From NCBI GenBank assembly GCA_964589825.1, contig CAZPUS010000005.1:46018-110017 (forward strand): 64,000 nucleotides of DNA. Reading direction: 5' to 3'. The notes beneath the pieces were generated by a model. That model was not told the DNA's origin. It saw nothing but the letters and a program-made list of their open reading frames with translations, and made no database searches. Each line of letters opens with the position of its first letter. Within the stretch, counting starts at the first letter, position 1. Shown in pieces: positions 1 through 10,993 of the stretch. The translations under genes and the position numbers were made by a program. The stretch comes from an uncultured Fibrobacterota bacterium. Lineage in GTDB: Bacteria > Fibrobacterota > Chitinivibrionia > Chitinivibrionales > WJKA01.

Positions 1-741
1 GCGTATAGTTCGGCAAGGGGGTATGGCTATACCGAGCCCGCACTGCACGAATCGTTGTGTGTTAACAGAGGGCGGATTGGTTGCGAAATATATGATCAGC
101 ATATAACTCCTGCTCAGGGAGCGCAGGCGATATTCAGAATAGATCTGGCTGCAGGGCGATACCGGTTTGTGGCGGTATGTGGCGATGCAAAAAAAATAAA
201 CAGCACGACCCTGCAGGTATGCGATACCGCCTCGAGTGACACTCTAACCCTGATCGAGGGCATAACGACGGCTCCCGGAGAATACGCGGTAGCCGCCTGG
301 GATGATAAGCTCGTACCCGCTTGTAAAGAGGCGTCTTTTATCCGTACCGGCGCTTCACCGACGTTTACGGTAACCGGAGACCATATTTTCGTTATTCAGT
401 CATCCAATGGAGAAGGCGGGGCGCTCAATTTGCTGGAGCTTTACAAATACGGTGAACAACCTATCGGGGCGCGTGGCCCGTATGTACGCAGCCGGTTACA
501 CAGAGGCAGGGAACCGATGTTGCATACGAGTACGGGTCCTAACCGTACACTACGTATACGCGTAAATACGAAGATGCCTTATACGGTGGATGTGGTTTCA
601 ATTAAAGGAAGAATCATTGCGCACTACACAGGAACCTCCCCCGATACCCGGATATTATCCGAAAAGCCGGCGGGGGGCATATACTGTGTACGGATGAAGA
701 CCGCACATCACCGTATTATGCACCGTATAGTACTTCGGTAG
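1..741 (+). CDS. secreted/surface protein, C-terminal fragment (5' end outside window)
   Basis: Frame 1 is open from nt 1 through the listed Met at 55 to the stop at 741. The last ~70 aa (PYTVDVVSIKGRIIAHYTG...GGIYCVRMKT...RIVLR*) resemble beta-sandwich C-terminal sorting tails of exported proteins in FCB-group/Fibrobacter-like bacteria. Pattern recognition only. Confidence 0.55.
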   Translation, partial: AYSSARGYGYTEPALHESLCVNRGRIGCEIYDQHITPAQGAQAIFRIDLAAGRYRFVAVCGDAKKINSTTLQVCDTASSDTLTLIEGITTAPGEYAVAAWDDKLVPACKEASFIRTGASPTFTVTGDHIFVIQSSNGEGGALNLLELYKYGEQPIGARGPYVRSRLHRGREPMLHTSTGPNRTLRIRVNTKMPYTVDVVSIKGRIIAHYTGTSPDTRILSEKPAGGIYCVRMKTAHHRIMHRIVLR

Positions 742-765
742 ATGCTGTATGTATCTGCAGCCCTG

Positions 766-1254
766 TTATTGTGCCCCGTGTGTAAGATCGGTTATGGTTG
801 CGTTAGCGGCACGCAGGCGTTTGATGAAAATTTTGAGAAGTTCTATGCTGATATACGGGTAATCGAGGATAACATCGATAAGATCGTCACCTTTTATCCG
901 AATAACCTTGCAGTCGGTTTCGGCTATGGCAGCGGCCGATCGCTCTTCTGAATCGAATACCGCCATCTCACCGAAACAGTCTCCTTCAGAAAGCCGTGCG
1001 AGATCGATCATTTTTTCGCCCCGATACTTTTTTCGTATTGCGACGCGGCCCTTACGAATAAAGTAAGCGGAATCGCCCACATCTTTTTCCTCCACGATGT
1101 GTTCTCCCTTATGATAGGTGAACTCATCGGCAATTTCCGCAATCGCGCCTATCGCCTGTGTCTGAATGGATGAAAAAAGCTGGGTTTTTTTCAGGAAAAT
1201 GACTTTTTCAAAGATGGAAAAGGCATCAGATTGATGAGCGGATTGTTGGTTCAT
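766..1254 (-). CDS. cyclic nucleotide-binding domain protein (stand-alone cNMP-binding module)
   Basis: 162 aa. Has the cNMP-binding beta-barrel pattern (GDSAYFIRKGRVAIRK ... GDCFGEMAVFD). No HTH or other output domain. Confidence 0.8.
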   Translation of the reverse strand: MNQQSAHQSDAFSIFEKVIFLKKTQLFSSIQTQAIGAIAEIADEFTYHKGEHIVEEKDVGDSAYFIRKGRVAIRKKYRGEKMIDLARLSEGDCFGEMAVFDSEERSAAAIAETDCKVIRIKGDDLIDVILDYPYISIELLKIFIKRLRAANATITDLTHGAQ

Positions 1255-1334
1255 AATGAGCAGGTTTTGCAGGGAAAACCGATACTGGATTTGTTCGTCA
1301 TATCGTAGGCAAAATATAGTGATTCAAAAAATAG

Positions 1335-4016
1335 TTATTTACGCAGTGAGTGTTCGACATATTCGGTACTTCTACGTACCCACGCATTGGGTATCTCTTT
1401 GTAGCGCGAAAGGATCCGCTGCAGAGATTCGTGGCGCTGCTTTCTTTTCTGCATTGCAGCAACGGCCGAGTTCGGAATGGAAGAAAGAACCGATTTTACT
1501 TTGGATGTTTTTGAGGAAGGACTGTGGGAGTCACCTTCGAGAATTCGGATTATCTCGCGATTTATCCTGGCATAGCCGGTGTTGTCAAGCACTTCGAGTG
1601 CTCTGGCATGTGTGTGGCGATCGGGATTCTGCAGCCGGTGGGTTATTTTTCTGATCTGTTTTGTTTCGTCAAGCAGTGAGGCGATATTTAGAAGCAAAAT
1701 AGTTTTTTCATCTATACACTCCTCTTTTATCACCTGGGTAAAAAACCGAATCGCCTCGGAATGGGGATATTGCGCACGAAGCGATTTTACCGCCTGGATA
1801 TCATTATGGATATCTTCGATTTCTTTATCGGCGATTTGCTTGAGTTGTTCTTTTTGATCTTCACGCGACAAGGTAGTATTGTTTCGGTTTAGAGCTATAA
1901 GGAGTATCGAGCACTGGGTGTACTGGCACTCGTTGAGTGAAGAAAGAATCTTGTCCTGCGGATATCCGCGGCGCATCATTCGTGCTATTGCATGTGCGAT
2001 ATCGTGTTTGCGTTTTATATGTACCTTGCCGGCAATCGATACCAGAAAAGAGAGACTCTCATCGTTACAAATTTTGGAAAGCGCATGAATGAACTGGGTC
2101 CAGATTTTGCGGTTGGAAAAAATGTCGGCATTATTATAAAACCGTCGTAACGTATCGATTTTGACCGGCATGGTAATTTCCCCGAGCGCATACAGTGCAC
2201 TCGCTCTATACGCATCGTGTAAAGAATAAAGCATTGTGGTGAGTACCGATCGCAAACGATCCCGTGCGGAAGGTTCTGTGTCCACACGCCACAGATAAAT
2301 AATTGCATTGGCTCTTACCCGGCCGCTGGGATGTTTAAGCAGAAAACGTATATAATCTGCTGCAGAAGTGTCATCCAGCTTTACAAGTGATTCTATGCAG
2401 TTTGCCACTACGCGGTAATATGAATCATTGAGTTTTTGTATGAATAAATGTCTGAAAGAAGCATTGTATTGTTCCCCGAGTGCCGATATTACCCGGGCAC
2501 GGGTAATGTTATCCGCGGTGTGAATATGATCAAGCAGTAGTTGAATGGAGCGTTTCGATCTGCTCTGTGCAAGAAATGCGATCGCATATCTGGTGACTGC
2601 CGGATCTTCGTTGTGCAGTATCGATTTTATGGATTGAAAAAGCTTTGTACGATGCGGTGATTTTTCTATATCGGTGGTCTCCAGCGGGGTAATGCCGTGA
2701 AAGCCCTCCAGATGCCGGGTGAGTTGCTGTGTGTATGAGCGCTTGAGCAGTACGCTCAGATAGATAAGTACAATACACAGAATCGCCAGTATGCTCATCT
2801 GAAAGGGAAATGCAATACGGTCGATAACGAATACCAGCCATAACGCGGACGTAAAAATAGCAAGCGGCTTTATCATCCCTTCGACAAAGAGTTTCCCCTT
2901 GCCCCGGATGCTGTGAGAGAGGCTGGAAAAAAATATCTGAAAATCGGGTGAAAAAAATGCATCGAAAAAGCAGATACGTATCCCTACCCCGAAGACGACT
3001 CCCCAGAAAATTACATTGGCGGTAATTGCAGCTCCCGCGTACTCATGCCGGAAACCGAGCACCGCGAGAGTGCCAAAGACGAAAAAGAGCACAAGCGGAA
3101 GTATATACATGGTGCGGGTGGAACCCAGTCTGCGCAGGATGACCTTACTGAGAGAGTTCTGCATCAAAAAGGTGATAAGCATGCTTGTGCCGTTAAAAAT
3201 ACCGAGAAAGGACGCGAGCGTACGTGCCTGATCGGGGGCGTTGCTGAAGTGCGCTTTAAGGTGAGTGTAGAATGTAAAGTGCTGGCTCATTATAATAAAA
3301 AAGAGCGTAAAATAGACAACCGAGATACTCAGAAGTACCTTTTCACGATTGATCTGTTTCATGTCCTGGATAAAAACGGTGATGCTTCTGAACGGATTAG
3401 TGGGTGCGGATCGGGCATATGCACTGTCTTTGGGTTGAAAGAAAAACGACCATCGTGTATGCAGGGGCTTAAAGATAAGAATAAGGACAAAAGAAATGCC
3501 GGCCCACAGAAGAATGAGGTTTTCAGCGCGAATGAAGTTGACAAACAGGGGGATACAATACGCAATTACGATAGCGCCCAGCGTTCCGCCCCCTGCAATA
3601 AACGGAAAAAGGGTCTCCGCCTTGCGGGAGTCGATAAGATCGTTTGTCAACGTCCAGAATGAGAGAAAGAGTAACGTTTTGCTGACGTAAGCGTATGAAA
3701 ACAGCGGCAGAAAAAGCCATTCCCAGTTGCTGAATATTGAAATGCGGATACAGCAAAGGATTGCCGCATGTATCAACAGAAATCGTACAAAAAATACGCC
3801 CCTGTTGGTCCGGTCAATAATCGAAAGGATAAAGGCGGAACAGAAAAAAAGTGCAAATGCGTTAGCCACGAAAAGATAGGGGACGAAATCCGCACCGAGA
3901 TTTGCCAGCAGCAATGCTTCGGCAGTGCTGTCACCAAGTATGGCACTTGAGAAACAGCCGAAAAGCAGCACGAACAGGTACCAGTGGTAATGGCGTGTGG
4001 GATCGAATAGTTTCAT
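1335..4016 (-). CDS. polytopic membrane protein (MFS / ATP:ADP-antiporter-like N-terminal half) fused to a C-terminal HEAT-repeat domain
   Basis: 893 aa. About 12 hydrophobic segments fill the first ~430 aa. The C-terminal half has repeated HEAT/PBS-lyase-like units (e.g. DPAVTRYAIAFLAQ.., YYRVVANCIESLVKL.., SGRVRANAIIYLW..). Lies immediately upstream of, and co-directional with, the cNMP-binding gene. Confidence 0.75.
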   Translation of the reverse strand: MKLFDPTRHYHWYLFVLLFGCFSSAILGDSTAEALLLANLGADFVPYLFVANAFALFFCSAFILSIIDRTNRGVFFVRFLLIHAAILCCIRISIFSNWEWLFLPLFSYAYVSKTLLFLSFWTLTNDLIDSRKAETLFPFIAGGGTLGAIVIAYCIPLFVNFIRAENLILLWAGISFVLILIFKPLHTRWSFFFQPKDSAYARSAPTNPFRSITVFIQDMKQINREKVLLSISVVYFTLFFIIMSQHFTFYTHLKAHFSNAPDQARTLASFLGIFNGTSMLITFLMQNSLSKVILRRLGSTRTMYILPLVLFFVFGTLAVLGFRHEYAGAAITANVIFWGVVFGVGIRICFFDAFFSPDFQIFFSSLSHSIRGKGKLFVEGMIKPLAIFTSALWLVFVIDRIAFPFQMSILAILCIVLIYLSVLLKRSYTQQLTRHLEGFHGITPLETTDIEKSPHRTKLFQSIKSILHNEDPAVTRYAIAFLAQSRSKRSIQLLLDHIHTADNITRARVISALGEQYNASFRHLFIQKLNDSYYRVVANCIESLVKLDDTSAADYIRFLLKHPSGRVRANAIIYLWRVDTEPSARDRLRSVLTTMLYSLHDAYRASALYALGEITMPVKIDTLRRFYNNADIFSNRKIWTQFIHALSKICNDESLSFLVSIAGKVHIKRKHDIAHAIARMMRRGYPQDKILSSLNECQYTQCSILLIALNRNNTTLSREDQKEQLKQIADKEIEDIHNDIQAVKSLRAQYPHSEAIRFFTQVIKEECIDEKTILLLNIASLLDETKQIRKITHRLQNPDRHTHARALEVLDNTGYARINREIIRILEGDSHSPSSKTSKVKSVLSSIPNSAVAAMQKRKQRHESLQRILSRYKEIPNAWVRRSTEYVEHSLRK

Positions 4017-4149
4017 TCGTTATACAGGGATGGAGCCGCAGAAAAAGGTAGAACGAGGTTTAGTTTAGGTGAAAATATAAAAAGCCCATATAGTCCTTTT
4101 ACAAATCTATGTGAGGAGACCGAATGTACAACCATATGCTGTTTCATAG

Positions 4150-4178
4150 TTGCAAAGTTCACTACGGTTTAGTATATT
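4150..4178 (+). promoter_or_regulatory. candidate sigma70-type promoter for infA
   Basis: TTGCAA (4150-4155), a 17-nt spacer, then TATATT (4173-4178), about 85 nt upstream of the infA ATG. Confidence 0.35.
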
Positions 4179-4261
4179 TGATGCATATGTAAAAATGCAA
4201 TCCGCTCAAAAAATAGTTCGTGCATCCTCCGTGATGTGACGTATGACAAAAGGAAGAGCCT

Positions 4262-4480
4262 ATGGCGAAGCAGGAAGCGATTACAGTAGAAGCGACGGTT
4301 GACGAGACATTGCCGAATGCGATGTTCAAAGTAAAACTCGAAAACGGACATGAAGTGCTGGCGCACATATCAGGAAAGATGCGCAAGCACTATATCAGGA
4401 TTCTGCCCGGAGACAAAGTCCAGGTCGAGCTTTCTCCGTACGATCTGTCGCGCGGGAGAGTCGTATACAGGTACAAATAG
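4262..4480 (+). CDS. infA: translation initiation factor IF-1
   Basis: 72 aa, [72 protein letters not shown]. Full-length match to the highly conserved IF-1 S1-fold sequence. GGAAGAG lies upstream of the ATG. Confidence 0.97.
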   Translation: MAKQEAITVEATVDETLPNAMFKVKLENGHEVLAHISGKMRKHYIRILPGDKVQVELSPYDLSRGRVVYRYK

Positions 4481-4752
4481 GTCAGCAGCCATAGTGTCGG
4501 CAACGGGCGTGCCGATGGTATGCAAATTGTAAAAAAAAGGGGGGTATCCGGTTTTTAACATACTATACAGGGCTTTTGGGATGACGGATATCCAGGGCCC
4601 TTGTATCCGGCAGGGAAAGATGTTCGACTGTTGTCGTTATATCGGACACATGTGCGAAGTGGGAATTACGGTGTGCGCGGTTTTCCGTGCACTGTTGGGC
4701 TCAGGGGTATCACACGTCTTTCGTTATTCGGATATCGGGAACGTGCAGAAAT

Positions 4753-4782
4753 AAAAAAACCCGGTGACCGTTGATCACCGGG
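4753..4782 (-). terminator. rho-independent terminator downstream of gnd
   Basis: On the minus strand: CCCGGTGA-tcaacgg-TCACCGGG (8-bp stem) followed directly by TTTTTTT. Sits 43 nt after the gnd stop. Confidence 0.7.
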
Positions 4783-4824
4783 TATACACTGGCTGTATGC
4801 CGCGAGAATTGAATTCCAGACTCG

Positions 4825-6279
<1,455 letters not shown>

Positions 6280-6371
6280 AATATACTCCTTTCAACATGA
6301 GTAAATAGCTATGCCTTTACCGGGCTATTGCATGTGCTGAACCCACTGTAGTTCGTATCATTTCGGTGGTT

Positions 6372-6403
6372 ACAAAAACCATAAGCCAACCGGAGCGATC
6401 GGC
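6372..6403 (-). terminator. possible terminator / palindromic hairpin after the LarA-like gene
   Basis: Minus strand: GCCGATCG-ctc-CGGTTGGC (8 bp, including two G.T pairs), then TTATGGTTTTTG. The T-run is 6 nt from the stem, so this is weak. A member of the CAACC/GGTTG hairpin set. Confidence 0.35.
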
Positions 6404-6474
6404 TTTTCATAATCGAGAACAACACAATATTACGGTCCACAGCGGAATCCATACTCATAATCTCCCGCATCAGG

Positions 6475-7752
6475 CTATATAAATTTATTCGCATCTGTCC
6501 AGAGTCCGAGGCCGGGGTTCGATATAAAGTATATCTCTTCTCCGTCCGGCATAGTATTGTAGCCCTGGGTAAGTGTTTCAGGATTGTACTTTTCCATCAT
6601 GGTATCGACCGGCTGCCAGGCATAATTGACCGACTCGATTTCTTTCCGGCTGATGTGACGGGTACAGTAGGTTATCGAGAAGCGGTCTTCGCTCGATCCA
6701 TGGATAAGATGTGCGGCTGCGCTCAGATTGTTTTGCAGTTCAGGATTATCTTTTACCGCTTTCTGTACAAAAGGGGTACCGCGATAGCCGTATTTGCGGA
6801 TGAGACGGTCGATCTCTTCATCTTCACCGAATTGGGTGAGTCCGGGGGCGAGGATAATTAGTTCTCCCTTATCCGCAAGTGCCATTCGGGTACGATAGAT
6901 GCTTTTATTACCAAGCCAGGTACTCTTGTATTCGGACGGGTCGAGGTAGACAACCGCTTTCTGAAGCGGCTGTGTGAGTTTTTCGATATTTACTTCTGCG
7001 CTCAGGGTTGCTGCCCGCTCAAAGCATTCGATGTCTGTGCCGATATAGAGCCCACGGGTGGTAAGTGTGTTTTCCTCGTCAGGAGAGAGTACGGTGTGTA
7101 CATAAACGATGGGCAAATGCGACGCATAACGGTTTTCCGCATAATTGAGCACGCGTCGTACCGGGTTGTCGGCACGACCCATTATGCGTTCCATACCATA
7201 GGCTGCACCAAGGTAGTGGCTTTTGTTGATTCCCTCGCTGCCCCCGGTACCAACAAAGATGTTTTTGTTATAATTGGCCATGCCGATTACTTCATGCGGC
7301 ACTACCTGTCCTATGGAAAGGATGAGATCATAGTCGTTGTCCACAAGCATGGAATCGATCTGAGCCGGCCATGAAAAGTCGACGCATCCGTGGGAGGCCT
7401 GCCGTACGAAGTCGGCTGGCACCTCACCGAGAGTGGTAACGCCGTGGCGCCAGTCGTGGTAGCGGATTCGCTGACGCGGCAGATTACCGAACATATGTGC
7501 AATTTCCTCCTCACCCATCTCCTTATGCGTTCCGAGTGCGGGAAGGATGTCAGTAAGACGGTCACCGTAATAGTCATGGGCGAAACGCGTGAGTTCTCCT
7601 GCGCGTGAGTGCGCTCTGGTGGAGTCGGGCGGGACCACACACACCCGGTTGCGTTCTCCCAGTGCATCGAGTGCCTGGTACAATCCGCTGCGAAGATCCT
7701 CGGCAGTCAGTACGGCATGTGTCGATCCTGTCTCAAATAGTAATGTGCTCAT
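6475..7752 (-). CDS. LarA-like (lactate racemase N-terminal domain / DUF2088) family protein
   Basis: 425 aa. Central block ILSIGQVVPHEVIGMANYNKNIFVGTGG resembles the LarA-family ..PH..G..GG.K motif region. The specific function cannot be read from sequence. Confidence 0.65.
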   Translation of the reverse strand: MSTLLFETGSTHAVLTAEDLRSGLYQALDALGERNRVCVVPPDSTRAHSRAGELTRFAHDYYGDRLTDILPALGTHKEMGEEEIAHMFGNLPRQRIRYHDWRHGVTTLGEVPADFVRQASHGCVDFSWPAQIDSMLVDNDYDLILSIGQVVPHEVIGMANYNKNIFVGTGGSEGINKSHYLGAAYGMERIMGRADNPVRRVLNYAENRYASHLPIVYVHTVLSPDEENTLTTRGLYIGTDIECFERAATLSAEVNIEKLTQPLQKAVVYLDPSEYKSTWLGNKSIYRTRMALADKGELIILAPGLTQFGEDEEIDRLIRKYGYRGTPFVQKAVKDNPELQNNLSAAAHLIHGSSEDRFSITYCTRHISRKEIESVNYAWQPVDTMMEKYNPETLTQGYNTMPDGEEIYFISNPGLGLWTDANKFI

Positions 7753-7920
7753 ATGTGCGAGAGTTCCTTTTTTTTCGATGTGGATAAAACACGGTCATCA
7801 GCAGCCGGTGAGCCGGTGCCGTCTTTGCATACAGCACCCATGCAAAACATTGTGGTATTGCCGTACGCATTGTGTGTGCGTTGTGGTTGTCTGTAACTGC
7901 AGCGAGCGGGGGTACGCATA

Positions 7921-7946
7921 AGAGCACTTGTGTTGTGCTCTTTTTG
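7921..7946 (+). terminator. orphan rho-independent terminator in the 692-nt divergent spacer
   Basis: AGAGCAC-ttgtgtt-GTGCTCT followed by TTTTTG on the plus strand. No called plus-strand gene ends here. Confidence 0.5.
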
Positions 7947-8444
7947 CAAAATGCAGAGTATAAAAATAATTTTTTTACCGATCGTCCGTTACGCCGAAGT
8001 AGTTATACCTGGAAAGGATCATTAAGAAATATGTGATAACTATCCTGCATGTATCGTTGCTGCATTACACGTGATGGCAGTTTTTTCAGCGCAACGGTAG
8101 TCCTGGTAATGCCGGTATACCGTTTTTCTGTTACTCTTGCCTCTTCTCCCGTATGAAACCCGTAACTCCCCAAAAAGGTAATGTGTCCTCTGTTGTTTTT
8201 ACCACATGGAATTCCGGCGCGTATACGTCGGGCATGCCGCAATATTATTTTTTACACGAATTTTGAATAAATCTCGGTGTACAGCTGCGCGTGTCGTAAC
8301 CCCGCCCGGTAATCTCTGTTGCAGAATAAAAAACCGAGTCCGGTATATCTTGAGACGGGCAGCATTAGGCTGCATCGGTCGTTTTGTGGGGCGTCTCGGG
8401 GTATTCGGGTCGGTATTTGCATATTTAACTAAAGGAGTCGCATC

Positions 8445-9728
8445 ATGGGAAAAAATGTCGTTGTTGCCCAGTCGGGCGGACCATCACCGGTTATCAACAA
8501 TTCACTGCGGGGTATTATCGAGACCTGCAAGCGCTTTCCGCAGACTTTCGGGACGATTTACGGGGGCTGGCACGGAATAGAAGGAGTGCTGTATGAGGAG
8601 CTTATCGATCTTTCGGCACAGGAGGAAGAAGAAATTGCGCTGCTTCGTACGACCCCGGCTGCCGGAAGTATAGGTACCTGCAGGTATAAGTTGAAGGACA
8701 AACATGCCGAGGATTTCGACCGTGTGATAGAGGTGTTCAAAAAGCACGATGTCGGCTATTTCTTTTATATCGGCGGCAATGATTCACAGCATACTGCATT
8801 TCGTGTGAGTGAGCTCGCAAAAGAAAAGGGGCTCGATCTCGTCGCCACGGGTGTACCCAAAACGATCGACAACGACGTGGGAGACAGCGAGTTCTCGCTT
8901 ATTGATCATACCCCCGGTTACGGGAGTGTGGCACGATACTGGTCGCATATCGTTCAGAATGCAAACGAGGAAAATATGGGCTCGTCTCCGGCCGATCCGG
9001 TACTCGTGGTGCAGGCAATGGGAAGAAAGATAGGTTTTATACCGGCGGCAGCCCGTCTGGCGGATGAAAACCGGCAAATGCCGTTGCAGATTTACATGAA
9101 AGAGTCGGACGTTACCCTGGAGCAGTTGTGTGACAATGTCAACGATCAGCTCGCAAGGGACAAACGGTGCGTGCTCGTCATAAGCGAAGGGTTCGATGTC
9201 GGCGATGTCGGAGAAGTAAAGGATTCCTTCGGTCATACGTCGTTTGGATCGAGCAAAGTGAGTGTGTTTCAGCACGTGGTCAACTATCTCAACGAAAAGG
9301 GGATAAAGGCCCGCGGCTCGGCGCGCGGCCAGGTAATGGGAACCGATCAGCGCGATACCATGGTATATGCATCGACCATTGACCTTGACGAAGCGTACAA
9401 AGTGGGCCAGAAAGCGGTCGATATCGCCCTCAACGAAGGTAACGGATGGATGGCGACAATTCTGCGCCAGCCCGGGATGATCTACAATGTCAACTACGAC
9501 AAGGTCCCCCTGGAGAAAGTAGCGCTGTCCGAGAGAACCTTTCCCGCATCCTGGATCGCCGAAAACCGCATCGACGTAACCGATGAATTCATACGCTATG
9601 CCCGTCCTCTGATAGGTGAAGACTGGGTGAGTGTGCCCATGGTAAATGGTCGACAGCGCTTTGCCCGTTTCAAACCGATATTTGCAGAGAAAAAATGTGC
9701 CTTCTACACCCCGGATGCCTACAAGTAA
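8445..9728 (+). CDS. pfp: phosphofructokinase, probably pyrophosphate-dependent
   Basis: 427 aa of the PFK family (GGPSPVINN, PKTIDNDV). Carries GGNDS (Asp where ATP-PFKs have Gly) and Lys in PKTIDND (Gly in ATP-PFKs); these are the two residues classically linked to PPi specificity. AAAGGAG lies 8 nt upstream of the ATG. Confidence 0.8.
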   Translation: MGKNVVVAQSGGPSPVINNSLRGIIETCKRFPQTFGTIYGGWHGIEGVLYEELIDLSAQEEEEIALLRTTPAAGSIGTCRYKLKDKHAEDFDRVIEVFKKHDVGYFFYIGGNDSQHTAFRVSELAKEKGLDLVATGVPKTIDNDVGDSEFSLIDHTPGYGSVARYWSHIVQNANEENMGSSPADPVLVVQAMGRKIGFIPAAARLADENRQMPLQIYMKESDVTLEQLCDNVNDQLARDKRCVLVISEGFDVGDVGEVKDSFGHTSFGSSKVSVFQHVVNYLNEKGIKARGSARGQVMGTDQRDTMVYASTIDLDEAYKVGQKAVDIALNEGNGWMATILRQPGMIYNVNYDKVPLEKVALSERTFPASWIAENRIDVTDEFIRYARPLIGEDWVSVPMVNGRQRFARFKPIFAEKKCAFYTPDAYK

Positions 9729-9784
9729 CACTTAATTGCAGTGCCGATATTTTAACCATTTATATAGAAAAGGAGTAGTGGACT

Positions 9785-10675
9785 ATGTCTACCGACCCCC
9801 ATCAGCAGCTTAAGGATCTGACTGCGCAAAACGATTTTTTCATTGGTATCGACTCGGACGGATGTGCATTCGATACCATGGAGATAAAACACAAGGAGTG
9901 TTTCTGCCCCAATACAATTAAACACTGGAATCTGCAGGTAGTATCGAAATATGCCCGTGAGGCATGGGAATTCGTCAATCTCTATTCAAAAACACGGGGG
10001 TGCAACCGGTTCCTCGCCCTGATTCGGGTACTCGATCTTTTACGCGAACGCGGCGAGGTCCAGGATCGCGGTGCACATATTCCCGAAGTGGATTCCCTGA
10101 TCGAATGGACCGAAAAAGAGAGCAAACTGGGAAATCCCGCGCTGGAGAAATACGCGGCATCGGCAAAGGATCAGGTGATCGATAACGCGCTTACCTGGTC
10201 AAAGGCGATCAATGCTTCGGTGGCGGACATGGTGCATGGTATTCCGCCGTTTCCACTGGTACGGGAGTCGCTGCAGAAGCTCAGCCAAAATGCGGACGCG
10301 GTCGTGGTCTCCTCCACACCGGTCGAGGCGCTTTCCAGAGAATGGAAGGAGAACGGAATCGACGCTTACGTAAACCTTATTGCAGGACAGGAACACGGCA
10401 AAAAGAGCGAGCATCTCGAGTTTGCGGCCAAAGGCAAATACGATGACGACAAGATTCTCATGATAGGTGACGCCCCGGGAGATATGAAGGCGGCAAAGAA
10501 GAACGGGGTGCTTTTTTATCCTATCAATCCGGGTGCGGAGGAGGCGTCATGGAAACGCTTCTACGACGAAGCGATGGATACATTTTTCAATGGAGGATAC
10601 GCCGGCGCATATGAGCAGCAGCTGATCGACGAATTCGAAAAGCATCTGCCCGAAAATCCACCCTGGAAGGCATAA
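9785..10675 (+). CDS. HAD-superfamily hydrolase/phosphatase
   Basis: 296 aa. HAD motif I is GIDSDGCAF; the C-terminal motif is MIGDAPGDMKAAKKNG. AAAGGAG RBS. Tightly follows pfp, so probably an operon. Confidence 0.8.
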   Translation: MSTDPHQQLKDLTAQNDFFIGIDSDGCAFDTMEIKHKECFCPNTIKHWNLQVVSKYAREAWEFVNLYSKTRGCNRFLALIRVLDLLRERGEVQDRGAHIPEVDSLIEWTEKESKLGNPALEKYAASAKDQVIDNALTWSKAINASVADMVHGIPPFPLVRESLQKLSQNADAVVVSSTPVEALSREWKENGIDAYVNLIAGQEHGKKSEHLEFAAKGKYDDDKILMIGDAPGDMKAAKKNGVLFYPINPGAEEASWKRFYDEAMDTFFNGGYAGAYEQQLIDEFEKHLPENPPWKA

Positions 10676-10704
10676 GCAGGCAGCGGAGAAAAATATGGAA
10701 TCGT

Positions 10705-10757
10705 ATCCCGGTTTTTTGTGGTGCAAAGCAGCCCAAAGGCCGGGATTTTTGTTTTTG
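10705..10757 (+). terminator. probable rho-independent terminator after the HAD gene
   Basis: ATCCCGG ... CCGGGAT (7-bp stem with a long loop) followed by TTTTTGTTTTTG. Confidence 0.5.
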
Positions 10758-10870
10758 CTGCAGCTCGCGATCAAAAATGGTCCGTGCGATTGTTTCGCAC
10801 AAAAGAGCCGTACTGTATTCGGTTATACAGATGAAAATGTGCAGTAAGAGATTGTACCGTGCAGAAAAAA

Positions 10871-10945
10871 TGGCAGTCCCGAGGGGGATCGAACCCCTGT
10901 TGCAGGAATGAAAATCCTGAGTCCTAACCACTGGACGACGGGACC
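10871..10945 (-). tRNA. tRNA-Glu (anticodon UUC), CCA encoded
   Basis: The minus strand reads GGTCCCGTCGTCCAGTGGTTAGGACTCAGGATTTTCATTCCTGCAACAGGGGTTCGATCCCCCTCGGGACTGCCA. It has a 7-bp acceptor stem (one G.U pair), anticodon stem CAGGA/TCCTG with loop TTTTCAT (anticodon TTC), a T-arm AGGGG-TTCGATC-CCCCT, and a 3' GCCA. Confidence 0.93.
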
Positions 10946-10964
10946 GTCACATTTATGGGGTGTA

Positions 10965-10993
10965 AAAATAGTAAATTTATACGCAAAGCGCAA
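10965..10993 (-). promoter_or_regulatory. candidate sigma70-type promoter for tRNA-Glu
   Basis: Minus strand: TTGCGC, a 17-nt spacer, then TATTTT. The -10 element ends ~20 nt upstream of the mature tRNA 5' end. Confidence 0.4.

Noticed and set aside
742-951. 69-aa plus-strand ORF
   Set aside because: It lies antisense within the well-supported cNMP-binding gene (766-1254). It has no domain signal and no RBS.
3045-3662. 205-aa plus-strand ORF, plus several 60-100-aa ORFs between 1256 and 3950
   Set aside because: All are antisense to the 893-aa transporter-HEAT gene. Their Lys/Arg-rich, low-complexity translations are typical of the reverse frame of a membrane-protein gene.
7950-8444. Known housekeeping RNA (6S, SRP, RNase P, tmRNA) in the long pfp upstream spacer
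   Set aside because: I could not find the conserved cores: the GGAA/AGCA SRP helix-8 motif, the RNase P GAGGAAAGUCC motif, or a tRNA-like T-arm with CCA for tmRNA. A weakly structured leader (GCAGC-atta-GGCTGC) is all I can see.
8784-9731. 315-aa minus-strand ORF
   Set aside because: It is exactly antisense to the phosphofructokinase gene, whose motifs are unambiguous. There are no recognisable motifs in the antisense translation.
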